Origin: Candidatus Moraniibacteriota bacterium
Lineage (GTDB): Bacteria; Patescibacteriota; Minisyncoccia; Moranbacterales; UBA2206
Assembly (NCBI GenBank): GCA_963775955.1
Contig: CAVZKT010000001.1
Span: 85,437 to 149,436, forward strand
Reading direction: 5' to 3'
DNA length: 64,000 nt
Part shown: one piece after another, positions 48,562 through 57,367 of the stretch
Layout: each line of letters begins with the position of its first letter
Position numbering within the stretch: the stretch's first letter is position 1
The notes under the pieces: generated by a model
Seen by the model: the letters and a program-made list of their open reading frames with translations, nothing else
The model's database searches: none
What the model was told of the DNA's origin: nothing
Translations under genes and position numbers: made by a program

Positions 48562-48652
48562 CGAAGTCGCAAAGCGATCTTTAAAAACTGAAAAAGATTA
48601 GCGTAAAAACAATAAAAATCGGCTAAAAAAACCGGAAAGGAAAGGGTGATAT

Positions 48653-49037
48653 ATGCTAGTTCTTGCGATTGATGACGATTTACATTTTCAAAGAATTTTC
48701 AAAGAAGAATTTGAAGACAGAGGGCATGAAGTTTTGCTGGCCATAGACGGTCAGGAAGCTTTGGAAATTTATGAGCGAGAACAGAATCGCATTGATGTTG
48801 TGACTATTGATATTATACTGCCCGATATAGACGGCATCCGGCTGCTTAGGAGGTTTGTAGAAATAAACAAAAAGATTCCGAAGATTATGCTGAGCGCCTA
48901 CGACTACCGGGATGACTTTGCGATTTGGGCATCGGATGCATATATAGTTAAGAGCAGTGATTTCGAAGAAATCATTATCACGGTCAGAAAAACTGGCTGC
49001 GGGATATGGGGAGCAACGAGCAAAAAACAAACTGTAA
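48653..49037 (+). CDS. Stand-alone response-regulator receiver domain protein, probable frame change in the A-run near 48988
   Basis: LAIDDD, DIILPDIDG and IMLSAY motifs. The listed ORF runs to 49129 with an implausible C/W/R-rich tail. Shifting one base gives ...VRKLAAGYGEQRAKNKL* ending at TAA 49035-49037, just before the next RBS. Confidence 0.75.
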
Positions 49038-49050
49038 AAGGAGGAATAAG

Positions 49051-49368
49051 ATGGAGAAGAGGAAAGATCAATATGTTCCAGTTTCTCGGGAAATGCACGA
49101 CTTTTTGTTGCAGATGTATGATGCAGTAATGACAAAGTCTCCAGAGGAAAGTAAATTGTGGTGTGAAAGGCTCAAAGGAGCCCTGGAAGGATGGCGGGCT
49201 GCGAGAATGGGCGGAATGTTTCCTGTATTTCTGATCAGTGAGTTCCACAAAGATATCACCCATGTCATGGGAGTAGTCCATAAAAAGGTGAAAGTTGAAA
49301 AACTGGCTGAGCATCAGAAAGTCTTTACTTTCAATATGGCTACTCTGCAAAACGAGTTCAGGGATTAA
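49051..49368 (+). CDS. Hypothetical protein (105 aa)
   Basis: ATG 49051 is preceded by AAAGGAGGAATAAG. No motif recognised. Confidence 0.55.
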   Translation: MEKRKDQYVPVSREMHDFLLQMYDAVMTKSPEESKLWCERLKGALEGWRAARMGGMFPVFLISEFHKDITHVMGVVHKKVKVEKLAEHQKVFTFNMATLQNEFRD

Positions 49369-49386
49369 TAGTTGTGAAATATAGTC

Positions 49387-49418
49387 GGCCGTGGTCTTTG
49401 TGATCACGGCCTTTTTTT
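49387..49418 (+). terminator. Rho-independent terminator
   Basis: GGCCGTGGTC-TTTGT-GATCACGGCC followed by T7. Confidence 0.85.
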
Positions 49419-49419
49419 G

Positions 49420-49428
49420 TGCTATAAT
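49420..49428 (+). promoter_or_regulatory. Extended -10 (TGCTATAAT), 6 nt upstream of the ybeY ATG (leaderless geometry)
   Basis: TATAAT at 49423-49428, ATG at 49435. Confidence 0.5.
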
Positions 49429-49434
49429 TTATCT

Positions 49435-49886
49435 ATGCCGATTAATATTGAATTCAACAACACCACCAAAAACCCGATTCGGAAAAAGTTTTTGGAAGAC
49501 GCGGTGAAAAAAACGCTCAAGGCCAGCGGGCTGGATTTTTTGGCGCGGAAAAGCATAACTTTAAGCATTGCGGTAGTCAGCGCGCGGGAAATAAAAAGGC
49601 TGAATAAAATTTATCGCAAGACTGACGCGGTGACGGATGTGTTGTCATTCGCGGAATATAAAAATGTGGAAGCCCTAAGGGAGGCTATGGACAAACCGCC
49701 CAAGGGCGAGTCGGCGGAATATTTCTCGGCGAGCTGATTTTGTGCTATACTGATATCAGGGAATATGCCCGAAAAAACAAGATTGGTCTTGCGCAAGAAT
49801 TAGCCAATGTTGTTTCTCATGGTGTTCTGCACCTTTTGGGAATGAAGCATGGGAAAAAAATGTTTGAAATACAAAAAAGGTTATAA
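49435..49886 (+). CDS. ybeY: Endoribonuclease YbeY, frame change near 49725
   Basis: TDVLSF in the first frame, and HGVLHLLGMKHG (H-x3-H-x5-H) in the second. Confidence 0.85.
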
Positions 49887-49933
49887 ATTCATCCCATGGA
49901 GTAATTTTTCCTCCGGAAAAATAATTTCGTTCT

Positions 49934-50338
49934 ATGAAATTTACCCCACGGGGTAAAAAAACAAAAATGCCTGACGATATTAGAAAATTAGGGAAAAGCT
50001 GCCGGCATGCCTGCCGGGGCATCAAGTATGTGCTGGCCAATGAAAGAAATTTTCAAATCGAACTGATAATCGGATTTTTCGTGGTCATTCTGATTTTTAT
50101 TTTCAAAATTAAGAACTGGGAGGCCGTGATTCTGATGCTCATAATTATGTGGGTGCTGATCGCGGAACTTACCAATACCGTAGTTGAGCGCGTGGTGGAT
50201 ATTTTAAAACCCCGCATCCATCCCTATGCCCGCCTGGTCAAAGACATTATGGCAGCCGTAGTGCTCATCTCGGCCGTCATGGCCGTGGTTGTCGGCGTAA
50301 TTATTTTCTATCCTTATTTTAGAAGCCTTATTAATTAG
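49934..50338 (+). CDS. dgkA: Diacylglycerol/undecaprenol kinase family protein
   Basis: ERNFQIEL, and AELTNTVVERVVD (E..NT..E..VD). Confidence 0.85.
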   Translation: MKFTPRGKKTKMPDDIRKLGKSCRHACRGIKYVLANERNFQIELIIGFFVVILIFIFKIKNWEAVILMLIIMWVLIAELTNTVVERVVDILKPRIHPYARLVKDIMAAVVLISAVMAVVVGVIIFYPYFRSLIN

Positions 50339-50343
50339 AAGCT

Positions 50344-51609
50344 ATGGCAAAAAACGAAATTATTGTCGGCATCGATGTGGGTTCGGCGAATGTCCGGACA
50401 GTGATCGTTCAAATTTTTCCCGAGGAAGAACTCCCGCGGGTTATTGGCGTGGGTGTTTCCGAGTCGGCCGGCATCAGAAAGGGCATAATCGTTGATTTGG
50501 AAGAAGCGATTAAAGCAGTCAATGACTCGGTGGAGAAAGCGGAAAGAAGCGCCGGCGTTTCAGTGAAGAGCGCGGTCGTGAGCATTGGAGGAAATCATAT
50601 TATTTCCCAGAACTCAAAAGGCGTGATCGCGGTGGGGCGCGCCGACGGAGAAGTGACTGAAGACGATATAGAGCGGGTGATCAACGCAGCGCAGGCCATT
50701 TCCATCCCGCCCAACAAAGAAATAATCCATATCATTCCGCGCAGCTATTCCCTGGACGACCAAAAAAATATCAAAGATCCGCTGAGCATGAATGGGGTGC
50801 GCCTGGAGGTGGACGCCATGATTATTGAAGGATCTGCTCCGGTTATCAAAAATCTCCAGAAATCCATTGAACAGGCCGGCATAGAAATCGGGGAATTTGT
50901 GCTGGCGCCCCTGGCCGCGGCCAAGGCTACCCTTTCCAAACGGCAAAAAGAATTGGGAGTCGTTTTGGTGGATATTGGCGGAGGGACGACATCCATCGCG
51001 GTTTATGAAGAGAACGATCTTTTGCATACGGCCATTTTACCGGTGGGCGGCAATCATATTACCAATGATCTGGCGATAGGCCTGCGCACCTCCATCGACG
51101 TGGCGGAAAAAGTGAAGATAGAATTCGGCAACGCTCTGCCGCGCGATATTAACAAAAAAGAAGATATTAATCTGGCGGAAATTGATCCCAATGAAGAAGG
51201 CATGGTATCGCGGCATCATGTGGCAGAAATTATTGAGGCCAGACTGGAAGAAATTTTGAATATGGTGAATAAGGAATTAAAAATGATCGCCCGTGACAAG
51301 CTTCTGCCGGGCGGAGTCGTGCTGGCAGGCGGAACCGCCAAACTTCCGGGAGTGGTTGATTTGGCAAAAAATATTTTGGGGCTTCCTGCGCAAACCGGAT
51401 TTCCGGTGCGGCTCGGCGGGCTGGTTGACAAAGTTGACGAGCCGTCATTCGTGACGGCGGTCGGCCTGGTGCTTTGGGGGGTGGAGAACGCAAGCCGGGG
51501 ATCGCATGGGGGCGGATTTTTCGGAAAAAAAATAGCCGGGCATATTGGAGGCAGTGTGGGAGGCTCAGTGGAGCATATGAAAAAATGGCTGGGCAAATTT
51601 CTGCCGTAA
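50344..51609 (+). CDS. ftsA: Cell division protein FtsA
   Basis: 421 aa, actin-like. VGIDVGSANV, VDIGGGTTSIAVY. Confidence 0.93.
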   Translation: MAKNEIIVGIDVGSANVRTVIVQIFPEEELPRVIGVGVSESAGIRKGIIVDLEEAIKAVNDSVEKAERSAGVSVKSAVVSIGGNHIISQNSKGVIAVGRADGEVTEDDIERVINAAQAISIPPNKEIIHIIPRSYSLDDQKNIKDPLSMNGVRLEVDAMIIEGSAPVIKNLQKSIEQAGIEIGEFVLAPLAAAKATLSKRQKELGVVLVDIGGGTTSIAVYEENDLLHTAILPVGGNHITNDLAIGLRTSIDVAEKVKIEFGNALPRDINKKEDINLAEIDPNEEGMVSRHHVAEIIEARLEEILNMVNKELKMIARDKLLPGGVVLAGGTAKLPGVVDLAKNILGLPAQTGFPVRLGGLVDKVDEPSFVTAVGLVLWGVENASRGSHGGGFFGKKIAGHIGGSVGGSVEHMKKWLGKFLP

Positions 51610-51854
51610 AAAAGGGGTAAAACTTGATTTTCCGTAACGCATTTGACAGGATAGACAGCCATATGATAGATTTAGATACTGAGAAAGCGGGGATTCTTTA
51701 GGTGAAAATCAGGCGTTTTTCAAAACCAAAACCAAAAGTCTAAAACAAAAAATATTAAAAACTGATTGATAGAAACAGGTTTTTGATTTTTATTTTTAGG
51801 CTTATTTTTTTTGAATTTTTTAAATTTTCAAGTATATTAAAGAAATAGTAAGGC

Positions 51855-52007
51855 ATCCCAGTACCGATTCCGACTGAGATTTGCCAAATATAATAATTTT
51901 TCTGCGGAATCGCCTGATGGCTTAGTCAGGGTATAATTTAAAGATTTAATTTAGAATCGGTACGGGATGCTCATTTTTGCAGCTTCTCGCTATCGCTCAA
52001 GACAAAA
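51855..52007 (+). promoter_or_regulatory. Conserved structured leader/repeat (copy B) abutting the ftsZ start codon
   Basis: Arms are ATCCCAGTACCGATTC / GAATCGGTACGGGAT. Same conserved blocks as copy A (28391-28547). An internal GGGTATAAT is present. Confidence 0.65.
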
Positions 52008-53214
52008 ATGGCAGAAATCAAACCACCCGTAGAAACATTCGCGCGCATTAAAGTCGTGGGCGTTGGCGGTTCTGGAGGAAGCGCGATCAGCCGGATGATT
52101 GAATCAAAACTGCGCGGCGTTGAATTCGTGGCGATCAATACTGACGCGCAGGCCCTGCATCACAATAAAGCCACGGAAAAAGTGCATATCGGAAAAAATC
52201 TGACCAAGGGACTGGGGGCCGGGATGAATCCGGATATCGGACGGCAGGCGGCCGAAGAGAACCGCGAAGAAATTCAGGAGGTGCTTAAAGGGCTCGGATA
52301 TGGTTTTTGTCACTTGCGGATTAGGCGGCGGAACCGGGACAGGCGCGGCGCCGATTGTGGCGGAAACTGCCAAAGAACTGGGAGCTCTCACGGTCGCGGT
52401 GGTAACTAAGCCGTTTGCTTTTGAAGGCGCGCAAAGAAGGGCGATTGCGGAAGAGGGACTGGAAAATTTGCGCGAACGAGTAGATACTCTCATTATTATT
52501 CCCAACGACAAGCTGCTGCAGATTATCGACAAGAAAACGACGCTTATAAATTCCTTTCAAGATTGTGGATGATGTCCTGCGCCAGGGCGTGCAGGGGATT
52601 TCGGATCTTATTACCAAGCCAGGAGTGGTGAATGTTGACTTTGCCGACGTGAAAGCGATTATGGCAAGACAGCGGGTCAGCTCTTATGGGGATTGGCGTG
52701 GGACCGGGGGAAAATCGCGCGGCGGACGCGGCCAAGGCGGCCATCAACAGCCCGCTTTTGGAACTTTCCATTGACGGCGCCAAAGGCGTGCTTTTCAATG
52801 TCAGCGGGATCCAATGATCTGACAATGCTGGAAATCAATGAAGCGGCCAATATTATCACTGAATCCATTGACCCGAACGCCAAAGTCATTTTCGGCGCGG
52901 TGGTGGAGGAAACTATCAGAAAAGGGGAGGTGCAGATTACAGTAGTCGCGACCGGATTTGACGCGGAAAGAGTGAAGGAATCTCCAATAGAAAAAATGTC
53001 GCGGCTTTCCATTGAGCGCGGTAAAAATCAGGAAAGCGAAGGAAAAGAAAAGTCAAAAATTACTTTTCCGGCGCAGGGCGAGCACAAAATGATTATCGAG
53101 GAAAAGGTCCAGCCGAAACCGCAAAGAACTTTCACGCAGGTGGAAAAATCTTTAGAGGATGAGGATGACGAACTGGAAATCCCGGCGTTCATCCGGAGGA
53201 AGATGGGGAAGTAG
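52008..53214 (+). CDS. ftsZ: Cell division protein FtsZ, 4 frame changes
   Basis: [42 protein letters not shown], and C-terminal [12 protein letters not shown]. Junctions near 52295, 52560, 52665 and 52812 each look like one extra base in a GG/GGG or AA run. Confidence 0.93.
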
Positions 53215-53225
53215 ATTCACGTGGC

Positions 53226-53318
53226 ACATAACTCGTAACTCATAACGCATATTTATTAAAATAACCTTGAGAAATCAGGGTTATTTTTTTAGTGTCGAGT
53301 TATGGGTTACGAGAGTTG
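53226..53318. repeat. Word hairpin (CATAACTCGTAACTCATAAC / GTTATGGGTTACGAG) enclosing the ftsZ terminator
   Basis: The inner AATAACCTTGA-GAAA-TCAGGGTTATT hairpin plus T7 (53260-53290) is a rho-independent terminator. Confidence 0.75.
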
Positions 53319-53326
53319 AGGTAAAA

Positions 53327-53338
53327 AGTTATCCACAG
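53327..53338 (+). promoter_or_regulatory. AGTTATCCACAG motif with a perfect DnaA box; part of 17-mer AAAAGTTATCCACAGGC (53324-53340)
   Basis: Exact consensus TTATCCACA. The 17-mer recurs inverted at 57233-57249. Confidence 0.55.
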
Positions 53339-53346
53339 GCGGGAGT

Positions 53347-53374
53347 TTGACAGGATATTGCTTAGTGATATAAT
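53347..53374 (+). promoter_or_regulatory. Sigma70-type promoter (TTGACA-16-TGATATAAT) for lexA
   Basis: Consensus hexamers with an extended -10. Confidence 0.65.
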
Positions 53375-53404
53375 AACACTATAATCAACTAACAATATAA
53401 ACCT

Positions 53405-54070
53405 ATGGAACAATTAACATCAAAGCAAAATACGGTTTTGGAAACTATCCGGGAAATTATTGAGGCGGAAAAAGAAAATCCGACGACTTATCGCGTGCAT
53501 AAATTTTTGGAAGAAAGGGGGGTGGAAGTCGGCAGCCTCAAGGGAACAGTCCAAGTCATTGAAGCGCTGGAGAAAAAAGATCTGCTTAAGCGCGATAAAA
53601 GCAAAAAAATATATCTGGTGGAAAATGATAATTATGCCAACCTGGGAAATATTTTTTCCATTCCGATGTATGGCCTGGCTTCCTGTGGAGAAGCGCTGGC
53701 TTATGCCGAAGGCAATGTGGATGGATATCTCCAAATTTCCGAAAGCCTTTTCAGAAAGGCCGATCCGGCCAAACTTTTTGCCGTAAAAGCTTTGGGTGAT
53801 TCCATGGACAAAGAGGAAATCGGCGACGGTGATTATGTAGTTTTTGAAAAATGCGAACTGGACCAGGATTTTGAAAATAAAATAGTGGTGGCAGTCATCA
53901 ACGGCATGGCGACGATCAAGAGATATAAAAAACTCAAGCACGGCATCATCGGACTTTTTCCGCAATCGCGAAATCCCATCCACCAGCCGATTTATTTGGA
54001 TGAATCAGACTCCATTCTCATTGCCGGAATTTTCCGCAAAGTCCTGCCGGTGGCGTATGTGAGCTTGTAA
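53405..54070 (+). CDS. lexA: LexA-type repressor (wHTH plus S24 peptidase)
   Basis: N-terminal LTSKQNTVLETIRE wHTH, an ASCGEALAYAEG cleavage-site region, GDSM (Ser) and ATIKRY (Lys). Confidence 0.88.
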   Translation: MEQLTSKQNTVLETIREIIEAEKENPTTYRVHKFLEERGVEVGSLKGTVQVIEALEKKDLLKRDKSKKIYLVENDNYANLGNIFSIPMYGLASCGEALAYAEGNVDGYLQISESLFRKADPAKLFAVKALGDSMDKEEIGDGDYVVFEKCELDQDFENKIVVAVINGMATIKRYKKLKHGIIGLFPQSRNPIHQPIYLDESDSILIAGIFRKVLPVAYVSL

Positions 54071-54104
54071 AAGACGGGGTAAAAACCAATAAAAAGCTGA
54101 AATT

Positions 54105-54929
54105 ATGGAAACAACAAAAATAGTTTTATTTAGAAATCGAAAAATCAGGAAAACTTTGCATAATAATGAGTGGTGGTTTGTGGTTGAAGATGTTGTATTT
54201 GCGCTTACGGATTCAGTTAATCCCAAGGATTATATAAATAAGATGAGGACCAGAGATAAAGAATTAAACAAGGGGTATGGACAAATTGTCCATACCCTTG
54301 AGGTTCCAACTGGGGGAGGAAAACAAAAAATGAATTGTGCGGATACGGAAGGCATTTTTCGCATTATTCAATCAATCCCGTCATCCAAAGCCGAACCATT
54401 TAAGCGCTGGCTGGCGAAAGTTGGGTATGAACGAGTGCAAGAAATTAAAAACCCGGAACTGGCAACTAAAAGAACAAGGATACTTTATAAGCTCAAAGGA
54501 TATAGCGATGACTGGATTGAAAAACGGATGCGCGGAATCGCTGTCCGCGAAGAATTGACGGACGAATGGCAAAAGCGAGGCGCGCGCGAACAAAAAAATT
54601 ATGAAATTCTGACGGCGGAAATTTCCAGGGCGACTTTCGGAATGACCCCGGGCAAATACAAAAAATATAAAAACCTGAAGCGCGAAAATTTGCGGGATCA
54701 CATGGATGATTTGGAACTGATTTTCACTATGCTGGGAGAAAGGGCAACAACGGAAATTCATCGCGACGAAAATTCTTATGGTATGCCAAAATTAAAAACT
54801 GATGCCAGGGAAGGCGGCGATATTGCCGGCGGAGCAAGGAGAAAATTGGAAAAAAGGCTAGGGAGACCTGTTACGACCAGGAGCAATTATAAGAAAATAA
54901 AACCGGGGAAGATTATAGAACGGCGATAG
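54105..54929 (+). CDS. Bro-N domain protein with DinD-like C-terminal region (DNA-damage-inducible protein D-like / antirepressor-like)
   Basis: WWFVVEDVVFALTD...GGGKQKMNCADTEGIFRIIQSIPSSKAEPFKRWLAKV (Bro-N pattern). The C-terminus KNLKRENLRDHMDDLELIF resembles DinD as recalled from memory. Confidence 0.65.
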   Translation: METTKIVLFRNRKIRKTLHNNEWWFVVEDVVFALTDSVNPKDYINKMRTRDKELNKGYGQIVHTLEVPTGGGKQKMNCADTEGIFRIIQSIPSSKAEPFKRWLAKVGYERVQEIKNPELATKRTRILYKLKGYSDDWIEKRMRGIAVREELTDEWQKRGAREQKNYEILTAEISRATFGMTPGKYKKYKNLKRENLRDHMDDLELIFTMLGERATTEIHRDENSYGMPKLKTDAREGGDIAGGARRKLEKRLGRPVTTRSNYKKIKPGKIIERR

Positions 54930-55087
54930 TATTCTTTTTCGGAAAGTTATGCTGGAAGTGTACGTGAATTTGTAAAATTGCTTTAGTGCGTTAAAAAGAC
55001 TATAATTATAAAAGAAACAGTAAAATAAAAAAATAACACTTACAGTATGTCGCAAATCAATATTGTAAATAATAATTTTATTAAAAT

Positions 55088-55285
55088 ATGATTGATGCCA
55101 GAAAGCCAAATTATTCAGAAACAGTAGACCAAACTCAAGAATTAATTTTTCTAATTGAAAAGCTCGAGAAAAATGTTTTGTTTCAGCTTCCACAAGGCAT
55201 TGCTAATAATTTTATCGCAACAAAAAATATTTTTTTGAATTGGATCGAAGAAGTCGAGTTCACTTTGGAAAATTATAAAAAATAA
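55088..55285 (+). CDS. Hypothetical small protein (65 aa) in AT-rich islet
   Basis: ORF only. No RBS, no motif. Confidence 0.35.
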   Translation: MIDARKPNYSETVDQTQELIFLIEKLEKNVLFQLPQGIANNFIATKNIFLNWIEEVEFTLENYKK

Positions 55286-55298
55286 TAAAAAATCAAAT

Positions 55299-55805
55299 AT
55301 GATTAAGTATCAATTTTTTCCAAGATCAGTTGGAATAAATAAACAAGTCCAAAAAATTATTGATTGCTTTTTAGCTGTTAATGATAGAATTTGTTCGCCA
55401 GAGCACACTCTTTCAAGTAATGAGGTCCTGTCAATTTTAAGATTGCAGTTGCTTAAAGTGCCAATGAGAGTTGAACAAGGGAAAGCTAGGGGATCAAAAA
55501 TTCCTGTCCCTGTCTTATTTGGTCTTGATAATAAAATTGATCAGCATTTCGATGCTGATGCATTAAGTTCTGATGGAACAATTGTTTTAGAAGTAGAAGC
55601 AGGAAGAGCGGTTGATAATTATCAGTTTTTAAAAGATATATTTCAAGCCTCAATGATGTATGGAGTTGAATACTTAGTTTTAGCTGTAAGAAATAATTAT
55701 CGCGGGCATGATGATTTTAAGAAAATATATACTTTTTTAGAAACACTTTATATTAGCAATAGGCTCCATCTACCACTAAAAGGTGTTTTGTTGGTAGGGT
55801 ATTGA
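55299..55805 (+). CDS. Hypothetical protein with PD-(D/E)xK-like D...ExE signature (BamHI-like arrangement)
   Basis: FDADALSSDGTIVLEVEAGRAVDNYQFLKD. Compare the BamHI D94...E111-F-E113 layout recalled from memory. AT-rich and lacks an SD. Confidence 0.4.
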   Translation: MIKYQFFPRSVGINKQVQKIIDCFLAVNDRICSPEHTLSSNEVLSILRLQLLKVPMRVEQGKARGSKIPVPVLFGLDNKIDQHFDADALSSDGTIVLEVEAGRAVDNYQFLKDIFQASMMYGVEYLVLAVRNNYRGHDDFKKIYTFLETLYISNRLHLPLKGVLLVGY

Positions 55806-55927
55806 TTTTTTGGATATTTTAAAATTTATCTAAATAGTATCTCCAATTTTTTAAATGAAAACAATCAAACCAAAACCAAGCGACAAGGAATATATTTTTA
55901 AAATAGAGTTACTTTTGAAGAATAACT

Positions 55928-57244
55928 ATGAACCAAAAAACCGCGTTGGAAATTTTAAAGCTGGGGCATAATGTTTTTTTGACCGGGGCGGCGGGAAGCG
56001 GGAAAACCTATCTTTTAAACCAATATATCCAATATCTTAAAAGTAAAAATATCAAAACAGCGGTGACAGCTTCCACCGGCATTGCGGCCACGCATATGAG
56101 CGGCATCACGATTCATTCATGGTCGGGCATGGGCATTAAAGATAAAATTACGGAGATTGATTTGCGCAAGCTTTCCCGCAACCGGCGCGTGCAAAAGCGG
56201 ATGGAAAAAACCAAAGTCTTGATTATCGATGAGATCTCAATGCTCCATGCCCATCAGTTGGACAATGTAGACAAAATTTGCCGATATCTGAAAGAAGAAA
56301 CCTTCTTGCCCTTTGGCGGCTTGCAAGTTGTGTTGTGCGGTGATTTTTTTCAACTTCCGCCGGTACAAAAAAACAGAAGTGAAAAAGTAAAATTTGCCCA
56401 TACTTCTCAAGTCTGGCAAGAAATGAAACTCAAGGTGTGTTATCTGGATGAACAGCACCGGCAAGAGGATGATCGCATGCTGGAGCTGCTAAATGATATC
56501 CGAGGCGCTAGGGTGAGCGAAAGAACTTGGGAAATAATATTGTCGCGCGGAAACAAGGAAATTTCAGAAATTAGCCAACCGACAAAACTTTTTACGCACA
56601 ATGTTGATGTTGACGGGATTAATAATCGCGAGTTGGAAAAAATTAAAGAAAAATCACTGGGCTATGAAATGCAAGCCAGGGGCAATAAAAAATTGATTGA
56701 ATTTCTCAAGCAAAGCTGTTTGGCGCCGGAGAAGTTGGTTCTCAAAAAAGGCGCGCGGGTAATGTTTGTCAAAAATAATTTTGATGAAGGATATGTTAAT
56801 GGAACAGTTGGAGATATAATCGGTTTTAATCCGGAAAACAATTTTCCGGTGGTCAAGACCTTGCAGGGAAGAAAAATAATTGTTTCTCCGGCGACCTGGG
56901 AAGTGCTGGAAGATGATGTGGCGCTGGCTAGAATAAAGCAAATCCCGTTGCGCCTGGCTTGGGCGATTACGGTGCATAAAAGCCAAGGCATGAGTTTGGA
57001 CGCGGCTGAAATTGATTTAGGAAAATCATTTGAATATGGAATGGGTTATGTGGCGTTGTCGCGCGTCAGAAAACTTTCCGGTATAAAGCTTTTAGGAATT
57101 AATGAAATGGCTTTGGAAATAAGCGAAGAAATATATAAACTGGATAATGAGTTGCAAAAGTTATCAGAGGATGCCAAACAAGAACTGGAAAAAATAGATT
57201 GGTTTGAAAAAAGAGAAAAACAAAGAAAGTTTGCCTGTGGATAA
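55928..57244 (+). CDS. pif1: PIF1/RecD-family SF1 DNA helicase
   Basis: FLTGAAGSGKT (Walker A), LIIDEISM (Walker B), LCGDFFQLPPV, ITVHKSQGMSLD. Confidence 0.88.
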   Translation: MNQKTALEILKLGHNVFLTGAAGSGKTYLLNQYIQYLKSKNIKTAVTASTGIAATHMSGITIHSWSGMGIKDKITEIDLRKLSRNRRVQKRMEKTKVLIIDEISMLHAHQLDNVDKICRYLKEETFLPFGGLQVVLCGDFFQLPPVQKNRSEKVKFAHTSQVWQEMKLKVCYLDEQHRQEDDRMLELLNDIRGARVSERTWEIILSRGNKEISEISQPTKLFTHNVDVDGINNRELEKIKEKSLGYEMQARGNKKLIEFLKQSCLAPEKLVLKKGARVMFVKNNFDEGYVNGTVGDIIGFNPENNFPVVKTLQGRKIIVSPATWEVLEDDVALARIKQIPLRLAWAITVHKSQGMSLDAAEIDLGKSFEYGMGYVALSRVRKLSGIKLLGINEMALEISEEIYKLDNELQKLSEDAKQELEKIDWFEKREKQRKFACG

Positions 57245-57246
57245 CT
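57235..57246 (-). promoter_or_regulatory. AGTTATCCACAG motif (reverse strand) with a perfect DnaA box; part of the inverted 17-mer 57233-57249
   Basis: The + strand reads GCCTGTGGATAACTTTT. It overlaps the pif1 stop codon. Confidence 0.55.
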
Positions 57247-57344
57247 TTTCCAGAGGATTTAAAAATAGCTTTAAAAGGGGCTGTTTTTAAAACTCTTGCC
57301 AAAGCTTGGCGGATTTTGTAGTTGTGGTATAATAGTATTTACAT

Positions 57345-57360
57345 ACACAATATGTGGTAT
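57345..57360. promoter_or_regulatory. Candidate NrdR box (ACACAATATGTGGTAT)
   Basis: 13/16 match to the recalled consensus acaCwAtATaTwGtgt. Lies 12 nt downstream of the extended -10 TGGTATAAT (57325-57333), upstream of nrdR-nrdD. Confidence 0.3.
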
Positions 57361-57367
57361 ATACTAG

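Noticed and set aside
49038-49129. The C-terminal 30-45 residues of the listed receiver ORF (…TGCGIWGATSKKQTVKGGIRWRRGKINMFQFLGKCTTFCCRCMMQ).
   Set aside because: The composition is implausible and it overlaps the next gene's RBS and start. A one-base correction in the A-run gives a clean end at 49037.
55855-55971. A 38-codon ORF (MKTIKPKPSDKEY...) upstream of and overlapping the pif1 start, as a separate gene or N-terminal extension.
   Set aside because: It is out of frame with pif1 by one base and has no RBS. Pif1-family proteins normally begin close to the Walker A region, as the 55928 start does. It cannot be excluded as an extension given the indel noise.
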